DNA from: Dendrobates tinctorius
Lineage: Eukaryota
Length of the DNA: 64,000 nt
Direction of reading: 5' to 3'
Assembly (NCBI RefSeq): GCF_039654945.1
Contig: NW_027362062.1
Coordinates: 3,720,001 to 3,784,000 of the forward strand
Positions 34,400-46,575 of the stretch are shown here, piece after piece; positions within the stretch are counted from its first letter, which is position 1, and each line of letters opens with the position of its first letter. The position numbers were made by a program, and so were the translations under genes. The notes under the pieces are model-generated. The model saw only the letters and a list, made by a program, of their open reading frames with translations, searched no databases and was not told where the DNA came from.

Positions 34400-36788
34400 A
34401 GTGCTCAGAGGGTGGAAGGGCTGGCTATGAGAGAGCCGTACAGGGGTGGATATGCAGGGAAAACTTATAGGAGAGCCTTACAGGGATCCGGATTCACAGC
34501 CGAGCATAAGAGCCCGAGCTGTGATCTTACCCCACCAGTGTGCTCCTAGGTCCAGCGCCGAAGATCCACCGTCCTGTGCCCCCGGGAGACTAGCTGGCGT
34601 GTTACTGCTGATTTCCTCCCTTTGCCTGCATCAGAAATGGCCACCGGGAGTGAGGAGGGAGAAAGGGGCGGAGAACTGAGAAAGGGCACGCATAGTATGT
34701 AGAAACATGCCCTTTCTGCTTCGATCCGCCCCTTCTATGACACTGGAGTGTCATAATTGTCATCCGTGGGGCGGAGAGGAGGCGGCGGCTTCAACTAGGC
34801 CAAAGTCACAGCCTAAATTAGAAACCGATGCCCAGAAGGGCTCCAGGCCGGCGCAGTAGACCAGGAGGGGGTCGGATTTTAACCGGACCCCCCCCCAGAT
34901 TGAAAGGCAGGCTAGCGGTGGGGCCGCAGTCTAAAGCGGGGCCCCGTGATGGGTCCACCTGCGGCGCTAGAAGTGATGCTGCCGTAGAGACAAGGGTGCA
35001 GGGAGCCCTGTGTGCCATGCCTGCCTGCACTCTCCCCCCGGCCCCGACAGAGGCCCACAGCTGGCTGGGGACACTGGATATCGTGCCGATTGCCATGGTG
35101 CAGACCCTACCTGTGGCGTCTCAACCTAATTCCCTCAGAGGGGGATTAAGGAGGGTGCTGCTGTTGCCATCAGGGGGCTTCTTCCTCGCCTCGACCTTAA
35201 CCCAAGACCAAAAGGAATTGGGGAAGGAAGGGGGTCTCGACTTCGGACCAGCACCCGCAGGGCTGGGGAAGGAGCGACATGGGGAACTGCCATCTCAACT
35301 TCAACTGGGCACCCCAAAATCAGGGGCCGAGGCAGGAGCCATGTCGGGAGACTCACAGGAGACCTACTTTTCTTCATCTGTCATCCGGAAGAAAAAACAC
35401 AAAAAAGAAAAAAAAAAAAAAAAAAAAAAATCTTTAGGTGTGCCTCCTTGCGACACTAAGCAAAAACTGGAGAAGGCTGATGCCGACCAGGGGTGTATAC
35501 TGCAGAGGAAGAGCCATAGTTAATCTTTTTCAGATTATGCATAGTGTCGCTTCCTAGTGGACAGCAGCATAACACCCATGGTTCTGTGTCCCCCAGTGAG
35601 GCGACAGAGTAAACTGTTTTATTAGAGAGCACATACAAAAGGAGAGCAACTGATAGCGGGCAGACACAGAGGACAGCAGATCTAAAGTGCAGATCTGGCC
35701 TCCATGTTTCAGGGTTACTCTGCCTACAGCATCACTGCTAACTACTAAGGCCATGTTCACATTTTGCAACAGTAATTGTGGGTCCAAAAAAATGTGAATG
35801 TTACATATTGTATCTACTAGTTTCAGCAAAAAAAAAACAACAATCCTATTATGTTAAAGTCCAAACTCTGCAGACTTTCTCCTTTTTTGTATTTCATGCA
35901 GTTTTTCCAATTTTATGGCAGCTTGTAAAGGGTGAAACTTGAGTTGCATATCCAAGACAAAGCCTCATCATCTAACATGCTACGGATTAGGGAAAAAAAA
36001 AATTTAGCATCATGCCCTCAATTCCATATGTATTATTTCTGACAGAAGTGGATAGGTTATTGGGTAGAGCCTGGTTTAAAATGTATTGATGTAATAGAGT
36101 CTAATTTACCATTTCAGATTTTTTTTTTTTTAACTATTTGACACAATGATTTTAAACAGAATATAGTAGTCAAAACAGATACCCATGCCTTCTACCTAGT
36201 GCAGGACCTGAGGAGACTGAGCATGAATCTCTTTGGTGTCTTTAGAAGGTAAGTGGAGTGTAACCTGCAGGCTTTCTGGGCAGAAAATCTGCTGTTTTTT
36301 TTACAGTAGCAGCATTATGAATGAATAGGCATAAAATTTCATGCCCCTTCTGCTGAGACTATCTGCAGCTTCAATACATGAGATCTCCAGCACAGCAGTT
36401 TATGCAAAAGTCAAACCCTTGTAGCTTGTAGAACATGTCCATATGCCAAAGTTTATTGCAGGAAACCCATGTTTAATGACATTCCATATCTCAGGCCAGA
36501 ACCAGGAAGTTAAAAAGAAGCAAGGATTTAACAAATCAGTCAGCTATTATATACCTTACAAAAGGAGGCAATTGACTGATCATCTGTTTTAAAATGTGTG
36601 CTCGCAAATAAAACAATACACTAGTCTTGGCACCCCTGCTGATCGGACACTTAAGGGGTCATTGCTCTCCTGTGAGGAAAGGAGCCTCTTCAAATATCCT
36701 CTCGGGATTGATGCTGGGACATACTGGCAAACACTGCACTCTTAGTAGCGGCGGTGAAATGTAACTTGTAAAAAAAAAAAAAAAAAAG

Positions 36789-36794
36789 TTTATT
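36789..36794 (-). terminator. CENPL: Candidate CENPL polyadenylation signal AATAAA
   Basis: AATAAA on the - strand followed by a long U-tract, about 0.9 kb after the stop. Confidence 0.55.
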
Positions 36795-37705
36795 TCACAG
36801 ACAGGATAATAACATACATACAATATTTTAAGGAAAGACTGACAGTTTTAAAAAATACAAACTTAAAAGTGCTTTGTCAATTAACAATGGATCCGCAGCC
36901 AGTGTCATAATCACAACGGTAACACATATTGAACAGATTTGGGGCTTATGTATGAAAACTGGAGCAAAGTAAAGCCAGGTTGTGACGGAAATTTTTAAAA
37001 TTGCCTTTTTTTATATAAAAAAAATAAATCCAGTTTTTCATCTGTATTTTAATCAACTTTTTTTTTTTTTTACATTAACGATAAGAGGTCAAATGCATTT
37101 TACCAATTTCAAGTCTCCTGTTCAATCATTAGGAGGGCACTGCTCTCCAGCCACATGGCCTTCTGCTTGCCAGGGTGCTTGGTGAAGATTGAGCCGCTGG
37201 ATCAAACCGAGTGCTTTCCGAAACAGATAGGGGAAACTTTGTATCGGAGGAGCACCGAGGCTGGATCCAGTGATCTGACCGGCTTTAGAGCAGCGCTTAC
37301 AAGGTCTAAAGCAAACAGCTTGTAAGGGCTGCTCTCCTTGTGTAGGAAACCATAATAAAATGTAAAATCCCACCTTTCTTGACAGAGAATTCATAAGATA
37401 TAAATTACAACGTTGCTTGTTTTACAAGTACTCTTTTTTTTACCCCATTTTAGATCCATTATAATTGAGGTTTTCAGTCTGCACAGGACTAATAAAACAG
37501 GAGTGTAACTGCTGGCTACAGCCGGCAACTGAAATTCCCATATAAGTCGTAGTCCAGGTTACACAGCCCCTTTAAGAGATGGCAGGAGGTGGTGACGAGG
37601 CACAGAATGCACTGCAAGGATCCGTTCTTCATGCGCATAAAACATATTGGAGAGGAGGAAGGCTCTGAATGTTGTGGATAAAGTCTCCGCTGAGAGTGCA
37701 CCAGT

Positions 37706-37780
37706 TTAATACTGGATGTTATTCATTGCCAGTTCGGTGATAAATCCCAGCACTCGTACAAGGAAATCCTTACTGAGGAA
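37706..37780 (-). CDS. CENPL: CENPL last coding exon (FLSKDFLVRVLGFITELAMNNIQY*)
   Basis: Polypyrimidine + AG acceptor at 37781-37782; translated by hand. Confidence 0.88.
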   Translation of the reverse strand, partial: FLSKDFLVRVLGFITELAMNNIQY

Positions 37781-39574
37781 CTAGGGAGACAAAGAAGGAG
37801 AATTATATTTTGACTGAAGGAAGTACAAAAAATACAAAACACGTATTTTAAAAAAGGAAGCCTTGTACTAAGGTCAAGTAAAAAAAAAAACCAAAAAACA
37901 AAAAAAGGGTTTGAATTGGGGGGGGGGGGGGGGGGAGAGAGGGTCTCGGTCCAACAGTCATAAGATGTGCAGAACATTGCGCCCCTTATTGCGGAGATTC
38001 ACCGCTTACAGAGCGACCGCTTTGTAGAGGTGGGTATCATCCACATCATTTTTCCCAGGCCATGATTTATGGCAGCCGTATATGAATTACCTTGTCAGTT
38101 GTACAAAGCGTATCTCAAAAATAGTGAGCGACCCCGAGGCCCAGGTATGAGGATCAATAACCGATCCATTGTGCTTCTTTCTGCAAAATGGTCATCCAAC
38201 TAGAGATTCATATGAGAAGGGTCTTGAGTAAGCCCCTGGCTGCTATGGTGGACCATTGGTATAAGTCATGTGTGGTGGGGTTCGGATTGCCACAGGGATG
38301 GTTGCATGATATGGCCGAAATACTGCTGCGAGATTGACCGCGGTGGTTAGACCAGGGTTCCCCAACTCCAGTCCTCAAGGCCCACCAACAGATCATGTTT
38401 TCAGGATTTCCTTTGTATTGCACAGGTGAAGCAATTATCACCTGAGCAATAATAAGGAAATCCTGAAAACATGATCTGTTGGTGGGCCTTGAGTTGGGGA
38501 ACCCTGGGTTAGACCATAGCAGTCAGAACTGCAGGTGGTGAGAACACCTTAAAAAGTCCATCGCAATTGTCTTCCCCGTATTTCCATGCCAAAAGGGACA
38601 TAAAACTTCTATGGGGACCTTGTAAATTGACTGGCATTACAAAATAGTGATCCTCAGAGCTACGGCTTCATGTGAGCGGCTTCTTCTGCTCCTTTAGTTC
38701 ATTATCCATGTAGTACTATGGCTCTTTTTAATGTGTATTAATCTATTTATATAAAGTATTTACATCCACCACATAGGTCACATAACGAGCCGCTGCGTAT
38801 TATACACTCGAGTGTAATGAGACAAGTGATAATAAGACACCGGGGCTCAATAGGTAGTCTAAGGGTCCCATTACACTAAACGACACACCAGCGATCCCAA
38901 CGATATGACCTGGTCAAGATCGCTGGTGTGTCGCTACACGATCGCTGGTGAGCTGTCAAACAGGGAGATATCACCAGCGATTAGGAACAGCGATGACGTG
39001 GGAACAAGCGCATGCGGTGCTTAGCTACCCACTGTTTACCTTGGATACCAGCACGAGCACGCTGGTATCCAAGGTAAACAGCGGGTAACTAAGCGACGCG
39101 CGCTTAGTTACCCACTGTATACCTTGGATACCAGCTCCCAGCGTCTGCTTACAGTGCTGGGAGCTCACTGATTGATGATCTCCCGCTGCCACACGCAGCG
39201 ATGCATGCTGGCCAGCAGGAGACCAACAATCAAAAAATGGCCCAGGACATTAGAGCACGATCAGCGATACCCGGCAGGGGGGGACCGGTCACTGATACGT
39301 GTCACACACAGCGAGATCGCTGATGCGTCACAAAACTTGTGACTCAGCAGCGATCTCGCTTAGCGTGACAGGGGCTTAACAGTCCAGAAGTTGCAGGAAG
39401 TCTGGAATGAACAGATAAGTTTGTGTAGTGCTTGTCCTCAAGAAAAACAGTCACATCTGAGTGAATGGTACCAACCATATTAACACACGAGTGCCAACAC
39501 AACAGGGTAAATGGCCGACACTTTAAAGAAAATTGATGACCTAATTGGATTCTGACTACAGCTGCCACGTAGCG

Positions 39575-39607
<33 letters not shown>

Positions 39608-42600
39608 ATAATACAACATCTTTATAATATTAGGCTGTGGGAATATATACACTGCTCAAAAAAATAAAGGGAACATTAAAATTCCACATCCTAAATATCA
39701 CAGAATGAAATATTCCAGGTGCAATTCATTACATAGTGGAATGTGCTAAATGACTATTCGAGCTGCAAACGTCTGGTTTGTAATGCAATATCTTCATAGG
39801 TGTATAGAGGCCCATTTCCAACAACCATCACTCCAGTGTTCTTATGGTACTTTGTGTTTGCCAGCTGTGTAAGGCAGCTAATGGATGGTTAGAATACCAT
39901 TGAAAACCCTTGTGCAAGTATGTGAGCACAGCTGAAAACAGTTTGGCTGATTAGAGAAGCAATAAACCTGACCTTCAATTGAGCTAGTAGAGAATCTGGA
40001 GCATTTGTTGGTTCCATTGAACTCTCAAAATGGCCAGAAAAAAACAAAAAAAAAACAAAAAAACAAAAACAAAAAACAAAAAACAAAACTGCACAACTGA
40101 GCAACAAGACAAGTACATTAGTCTGGAGTTTGAGAAATCGACGCCTCACAGGTCCTCAACTGACAGCTTCGTTAAATAGTACACGCAAAACACCAGTGTC
40201 AACGTATACAGTGAAGAGGCGACTCCGGGATGCTGGCCTTCAGGGCAGAGTGGCAAAGAAAAAGCCATATCTGAGACTGGCTAATATGGGCAAAAGAACA
40301 CAGACATTGGACAGAGGAAGATTGGTAAAAAGTGTTATGGACAGGCAAATCCAAGTTTGAGGTGTTTAGATCACACAGAACATTTGTGAGACGCAGAACA
40401 ACTGAAAAGATGCTGAAAGAGTGCCTGATGCCATCTGCCAAGCATGGTGGAGGAAATGTGATGGCCTGCGGTTGCTTTGGTGCTGGTTAAGTGGGAGATT
40501 TTTACAAGGTAAAAGGGATTTTGAATAAGGAAGGCTATCGCTCCATTTTGCAACGCCACATCTTACCCTGTGGACAGTGCTTGATTGGAGCCAATTTCAT
40601 CCTACAACAGGACAATGTCCCAAAGCACACCTTCAAATTATGCAAGAACTATTTAGGGAAGAAGCAGGCAGCTGGGATTCTATCTGTAATGGAGTGGCCA
40701 GCGCAGTCACCAGATCTCAACCCCATTGAACTGTTGTGGGAGCAGCTTGACCGTATGGTACGCAAAAAGTGCCCATCAAGCCAAACCAACTTGTGGGAGG
40801 GTATTCTGGAAGCATGGGGTGAAATTTCTCCAGATTACCTAAGCAAATTAACTGCTAGAATGCCAAAGGTCTGCAATGCTGGAATTGCTGCAAAGGAGTA
40901 TTCTGTGACGAAAGCAAAGTTTGAAGGAGAAAATTATTTCAAATAAAAATCTTTTTTGCGAACCTTGTCAATGTCTGGACTAGATTTTAAATTCATTTGG
41001 CTTCATTTGATTAATAAAAGTATGAGTTCATGGAAAAACACAAAATTGTCTGGGTGACCCCAAACTTTTGAACGGTAGTGTAAAAATAATCAATGTAAAT
41101 CAAAATTACTTTCCCATGGAGGGCTGGATTTGGAATGATGCTCAAAATCAAAGTGGAAAGCCAAATTACAGACTAATTCAACTTCAGTGGAAAATGATGC
41201 TCAGTAGTGTGTGGGGCCTCCACCTGGGCATGCTTCTGATAAGGCAGGTGTTCTCCTGAGGGACACCTAGCTGTGTCTGTCAGCATTGTGTCCAGAGCAT
41301 ACAACAGGAGACAAGCCAGTATAACAGGAGTCATTGAGGGGGCCGTAGGAGGGCAGCAACTCAGCACCAAGGCTGCTACCTCTTCCTTTCTGCAAGGAAA
41401 AACAGCATGAACCACTCACCTTCACTTTTCCTTCGTGTTGTGCCGACGCCACAGATGCCGTCACCTTGACAAGATGTGTGGCTGATAAGTGAATTTTAAA
41501 GTGTCTGAAGAAATGTGAACAGAGACATTGAAATAAATGTTCCACTTCCTCCAGTGTGACCTCATCTTGTGATTTGTGAATATCGTTCCATAAAATTTTC
41601 AAGTCCTCCGTTTTGATGCCGTAAGAAATAGTCACGTGAGGCTCAACTGGCAAAGAAAAAAGGAGCTCTGTGTTCCTCATGTGCCCGTGCACTTCACACC
41701 CGGTCCACATAGCTGCAAACCACGTAAGGTCCTGAGAACTGATCAGCAGTTTACCAAAGCAACAGTCAAAGTTTCTTTGGAACCAGATTCCCACTAGAGT
41801 GGTGAGGGTCTCTGCGCCATTATACAGGAAAAGTGGCAGGCACGTAAAGGTCTCTGGTATCCCCTCCAATACATCATCTTCTGCGTACGTCCCGCAAAAC
41901 CAACCTGTCCACACTATCGGGTCCTGTGCGCCTGCCTTGGCGAGTGGTGGCTTAGACGAAATCTTTGGTGAGAACAAGAAAAGAGAAGAATGCAATAATA
42001 TTTAGCAGGTTTTTTTATCTTTGTACTTAAACATGCAAAATTAAGTTTTTAAAAAAAAAAAAATTAGACTCAGCATAGACAGAAATTGTAATTTATAACA
42101 GGATCTGACCATTGAAACTCCTACTGAGACCCTCAGTCAGACAGAATGATGTGTATAGATTTGTTTTCAGAAATTGGATCATACTAAGGTGTTGACTAGC
42201 TTATGCACATGTTAATTGCAATGATATTGGCTACTCTGACTTTTAGATAATCATGTCATTTATTTGGAAGTAAACATCTTAAGGGTTGAGAACTGCCAAG
42301 TGTAAAACCGCAATGGAACATTTATCTTAATGGATGCTGGCTAGGAAAAGTATTAACACAAAAGCTGGGGGGTTCCGAGTTTTTTCTATGACATCATTCA
42401 GACTGATGGTGTTGAACGTCCCTAATTTTGGTGATAACATTGTGTCTGCACATATCTGCAGGGACATGTACACCACTTGCAGGTGTCACACGCATGTGTC
42501 CCAGCAGACATGTGCTTTCAACGTCAGCGGCTTTCAACTCTAACTGATTTCCCCTGCACCGTGGCCCGCGGGAGCTGTGAAGCAGTGGATCATCAGTGAA

Positions 42601-42858
42601 CCCCTGTGCAAGGTAAACCAGATAAAGGGCACTAATCTAAACTGCAGCCACATGATTCAAAAGTTCAAAAGATTGTCGAGACTCCCAGTATTTGGACCCA
42701 TATGAATCAAAAACAAATTTCTCAAGACCGTGTGGGGTACCTACACCAATCAGTGTGATATATTTGCAATATTCCATTGTATCATGGGAATCAAGAAACA
42801 CGGGGGCACCACTGACAAACAGGGATCCAAACCTGACCCATACAAATGTGTAACTATG

Positions 42859-42889
<31 letters not shown>

Positions 42890-45800
42890 AAAAAGGAATG
42901 GGCCACAAAAAGAGGATCACCTGAGGCAGGATTTTAGCACAATTAAAGTTTACAATCTTTAATAAGACACATAAGACAAGCAATCAAACAATTAAAAACA
43001 TTAAAATTTGTCACACGTGACATACAAGAATCTATAGGCTCCTAATAGAACCAAAATCTCATAGCAGAAACACTCCACATGATATAATAACTTATAGGGA
43101 GAAAAGCTTTAGGACCATATAAATAGCATACCATAATAAGGACACCCTACAGGCTCAGTCGTCATTACAGGCTGGTGTGCACACATTATAAATATAGAGG
43201 CTGAATAGAGCAACACAATAGTAAACCATTGTTACCAACATGCATGGCATTTAGTATATACATGAAAGGGGAACATTTAAAGCATGCAACCAAAAATAAA
43301 TAGTACATGTAGGACAAACATGGTTCCTCAAAAGTTTAGACACTTAAAGGGCTTAAATAGCAAGTCCATAAGTAGAGTCACAAAGACTTACATTTATTGC
43401 CCCTATACACCTCACAATATCAACCCCTAATGGGCCTGCAGGGGTGAATAATGAAGGCTAAAATAGCCACCCATGACATAATACAGCATGTCCCCAAGTT
43501 ATCAGTACAAGATGCTCATATACCAGGTGGGGTGGAATCTGAAGGAGCCAAAATCCCCCTTTACAGCCACCCCACAGTATCTAACCTTTCAATACCCAAC
43601 CTCTGAGCATGCAGAGTCAAAAAATGAAGGCTAAGATAGCCACCTATGGAGAATACATAGCAATACCCTAGATTAAATGTGCCAAAAGGCCATATAAAGT
43701 GGAGTGAAGACTGAGACAGAGGAGACCCGACGCTTGTTGTGGCTTCGTCAGGGGTACTAACTGCCCATCTTGTGTGTCCTTTTATACAATTAAACAAATT
43801 AATAATAGAGCGCAGCTGCGCTAACGCTTACCAGAGACATAGAAGGCATACACCCGGTGTTTGACAATGAATGGCCCACATGTCACAGCTAATTCAATGC
43901 AGTGCGCAGGTGCTGGCGTCTGTAACCCGGAAATGGATGAAAGGTCATAGCAATTTGGACCTACTGCGCTTGCGCATAATGCCAAGTACTGGCAAATACT
44001 AAGGGCATGTAAGGACATGTCTATGCGCAAGCGCTGACATACCAGCAGAAAAAAAAAAAAAAAGACCATGTCGCAAATCAATTCAGTCTAGTGCGCACAC
44101 ACTGGCGACTACAGTCTGACAAAGGTTGAAAAGTTATTAAAGTTAAACCCATTGCGCATGTACCACAAAATTTATTAGACAGTTAGAATCTGCGCACTAT
44201 GTACTTTGGTGATGTCCAATGTTACGGGCATATAAATTCTGCCCACTAAAGATTTTTATACCAGAATCCGAAGTCTTACGATTATATGGTAAATCCGCGC
44301 CAGTACTCCAATGTAAAAAAGCGACAGCAATTTCATAGCAGTTTAGACACATTGAGTGTGTGCAAAATACCAAGTGTTGGCAAATACTAAGGGCATACAG
44401 AGATACGTCAGTGCGCAAGCGCCGACATGTACCGGCAACATAACCATGCCGCAAATCCATTCAGTCTAGTGCACTGGCTCAAGACCCATTTCGCATACGC
44501 GAGTTACCAAATAATGGCAAATACTGAGGGCATACAAAAATATATATGTCCATGCGCAGGCATGTACCAGCAATAAAGAGAACCATGTCGCAAATCAATT
44601 GGTCTAGTGCGCAGGCAGCTACAACCTAAAAGAGGATGAGAAGTCATTAAAGTTAGAGTTACACCCATTACACATGCACCGCATACCAAGTAGTGGCAAA
44701 TATTCAAGGCATAAATAGATATATTTTATTTTTGCGCAGGCGCCGGCGTCTAAAGCCCACCAGTATCGAACTCATTATACATCCAAGAATCATAGCGGTT
44801 AGAGCCTTCACACTCGCTCACCAATTAATTGATCCACGAGTTTAGCTTTGTGAACGTTAGTGTTTATGCGTTTGACCTAACTTACTAACTAACCTTAGGT
44901 CATTGATCAAATGCTTTCAAAAGTTTTGCTGCCTTTTGATATTGGCGCACTGGCGTGGATCTATTAATTACAAAACTCAGGGTTGTTTGGTATTAGAATC
45001 TTTAATGGGCAAATTTTTTTAGGCCTGTAACAACTATCACCACTAGTCTATATGGTGAGCGAGTGTGAAGGCTCTAACCGCTATGATTCTTGGATGTATA
45101 ATGAGTTCGATACTGGTGGGCTTTAGACGCCGGCGCAAAAATATATATATCTATTTATGCCTTGAATATTTGCCACTACTTGGTATGCGGTGCATGTGTA
45201 ATGGGTGTAACTTTAATGACTTCTCATCCTCTTTTAGGTTGTAGCTGCCAGCACCTGCGCACTAGACCAATTGATTCGCGACATGGTTCTCTTTATTGCT
45301 GGTACATGCCGGCGCCTGCGCATGGACATATATATTTTTGTATGCCCTCAGTATTTGCCATTATTTGGTAACTCACGTGTGCGCAATGGGTCTTGAGCCG
45401 GTGCACTAGACTGAATGGATTTGTGGCATAGTCTTACTTGTTGCCGGTACATGTCGGCACTTGCGCACTGACATATCTCTGTATGCCCTTAGTATTTGCC
45501 AGCACTTGGTATTTTGGCTAAACTGCTATGAAATTGCTGTCGCTTTTTTACATTGGAGTACTGACGCAGATTTACCATATAATCGTAAGACTTAGGATTC
45601 TGGTATAAAAACCTTTAGTGGGCAGAATTTATATGCCCGTTAACATTGGCCATCACCAAAGTACATAGTGTGCAGATTCTAGCTGTCTAATAAATTTTGT
45701 GGTACATGCGCAATAGGTTTAGCTTTAATAACTTTTCAACCTTTGTCAGACTGTAGTCGCCAGCACGTGCGCACTAGACTGAATTGATTTGCGACATGGT

Positions 45801-46543
45801 CTTTTTATTTTTTACTGCTGGTATATGTCGGCGCTTGCACATAGACATGTCCTTATAGTTATATGCCCTTCGTATTCGCCAGTACTTGGCATTTTGCGCA
45901 AGCGCAGTTTAGCTCCTTCAGATTCCACTCCGCCTGGTATATGAGCCTCTTGTACTGGGACATGCTGTATTATGTCATGGGTGGCTATTTTAGCCTTCAT
46001 TATTCACCCCTGCAGGCCCGATATTGTGAGGTGTATAGGGGCAATAAATGTAAGTCTTTGTGACTCTACTTAAATAGCAAGTCCAAAAGCCCTTTAAGTG
46101 TCTAAAGTTTTGAGAAACCATGTTTGTCCTACATGTACTATTTATTTTTGGTTACATGTTTTAAATGTTCCCCTTTCATGTATATACTAAATGCCATGCA
46201 TGTTGGTAACAATGGTTTATTATTGTGTTGCTCTATTCAGCCTCTATATTTATAATGTGTGCACACCAGCCTGTAATAACAAACTGAGCCTGTAGGGTGT
46301 CCTTATTATGGTATGCTATTTATATGGTCATAAAGCTTTTCTCCCTATAAGTTGTTATATCATGTGGAGAGTTTCTGCATGAGATTTTGGTTCTATTAGT
46401 TTATAGATTCTTGTATGTCACATGAGTGACGAATTTTAATGTTTTTAATTGTTTGAGTTCTTGTCTTATGTGTCTTAATAAAGATTGTAAACTTTAATTG
46501 TGCTAAAATCCTGCCTCAGGTGATCCTTTTTGTGGCCCATTCC

Positions 46544-46575
<32 letters not shown>

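Larger units (their letters stand above)
29446..35613 (-). mobile_element. Full-length DIRS1-like tyrosine-recombinase retrotransposon (ORFs disrupted)
   Basis: ITRs (about 29498-29633 vs 35460-35596), ICR 29763-29862, TTT at both termini, gag + RT/RNaseH/MT + YR ORFs. Confidence 0.95.

Noticed and set aside
34828-35523. 231-aa + strand ORF
   Set aside because: Antisense to the GC-rich DIRS leader; the Lys run comes from a poly(A) tract
41267-41419. Read-through C-terminus of CENPL in the 242-aa ORF
   Set aside because: Consensus donor at 41419 and a homologous terminal exon at 37706-37780
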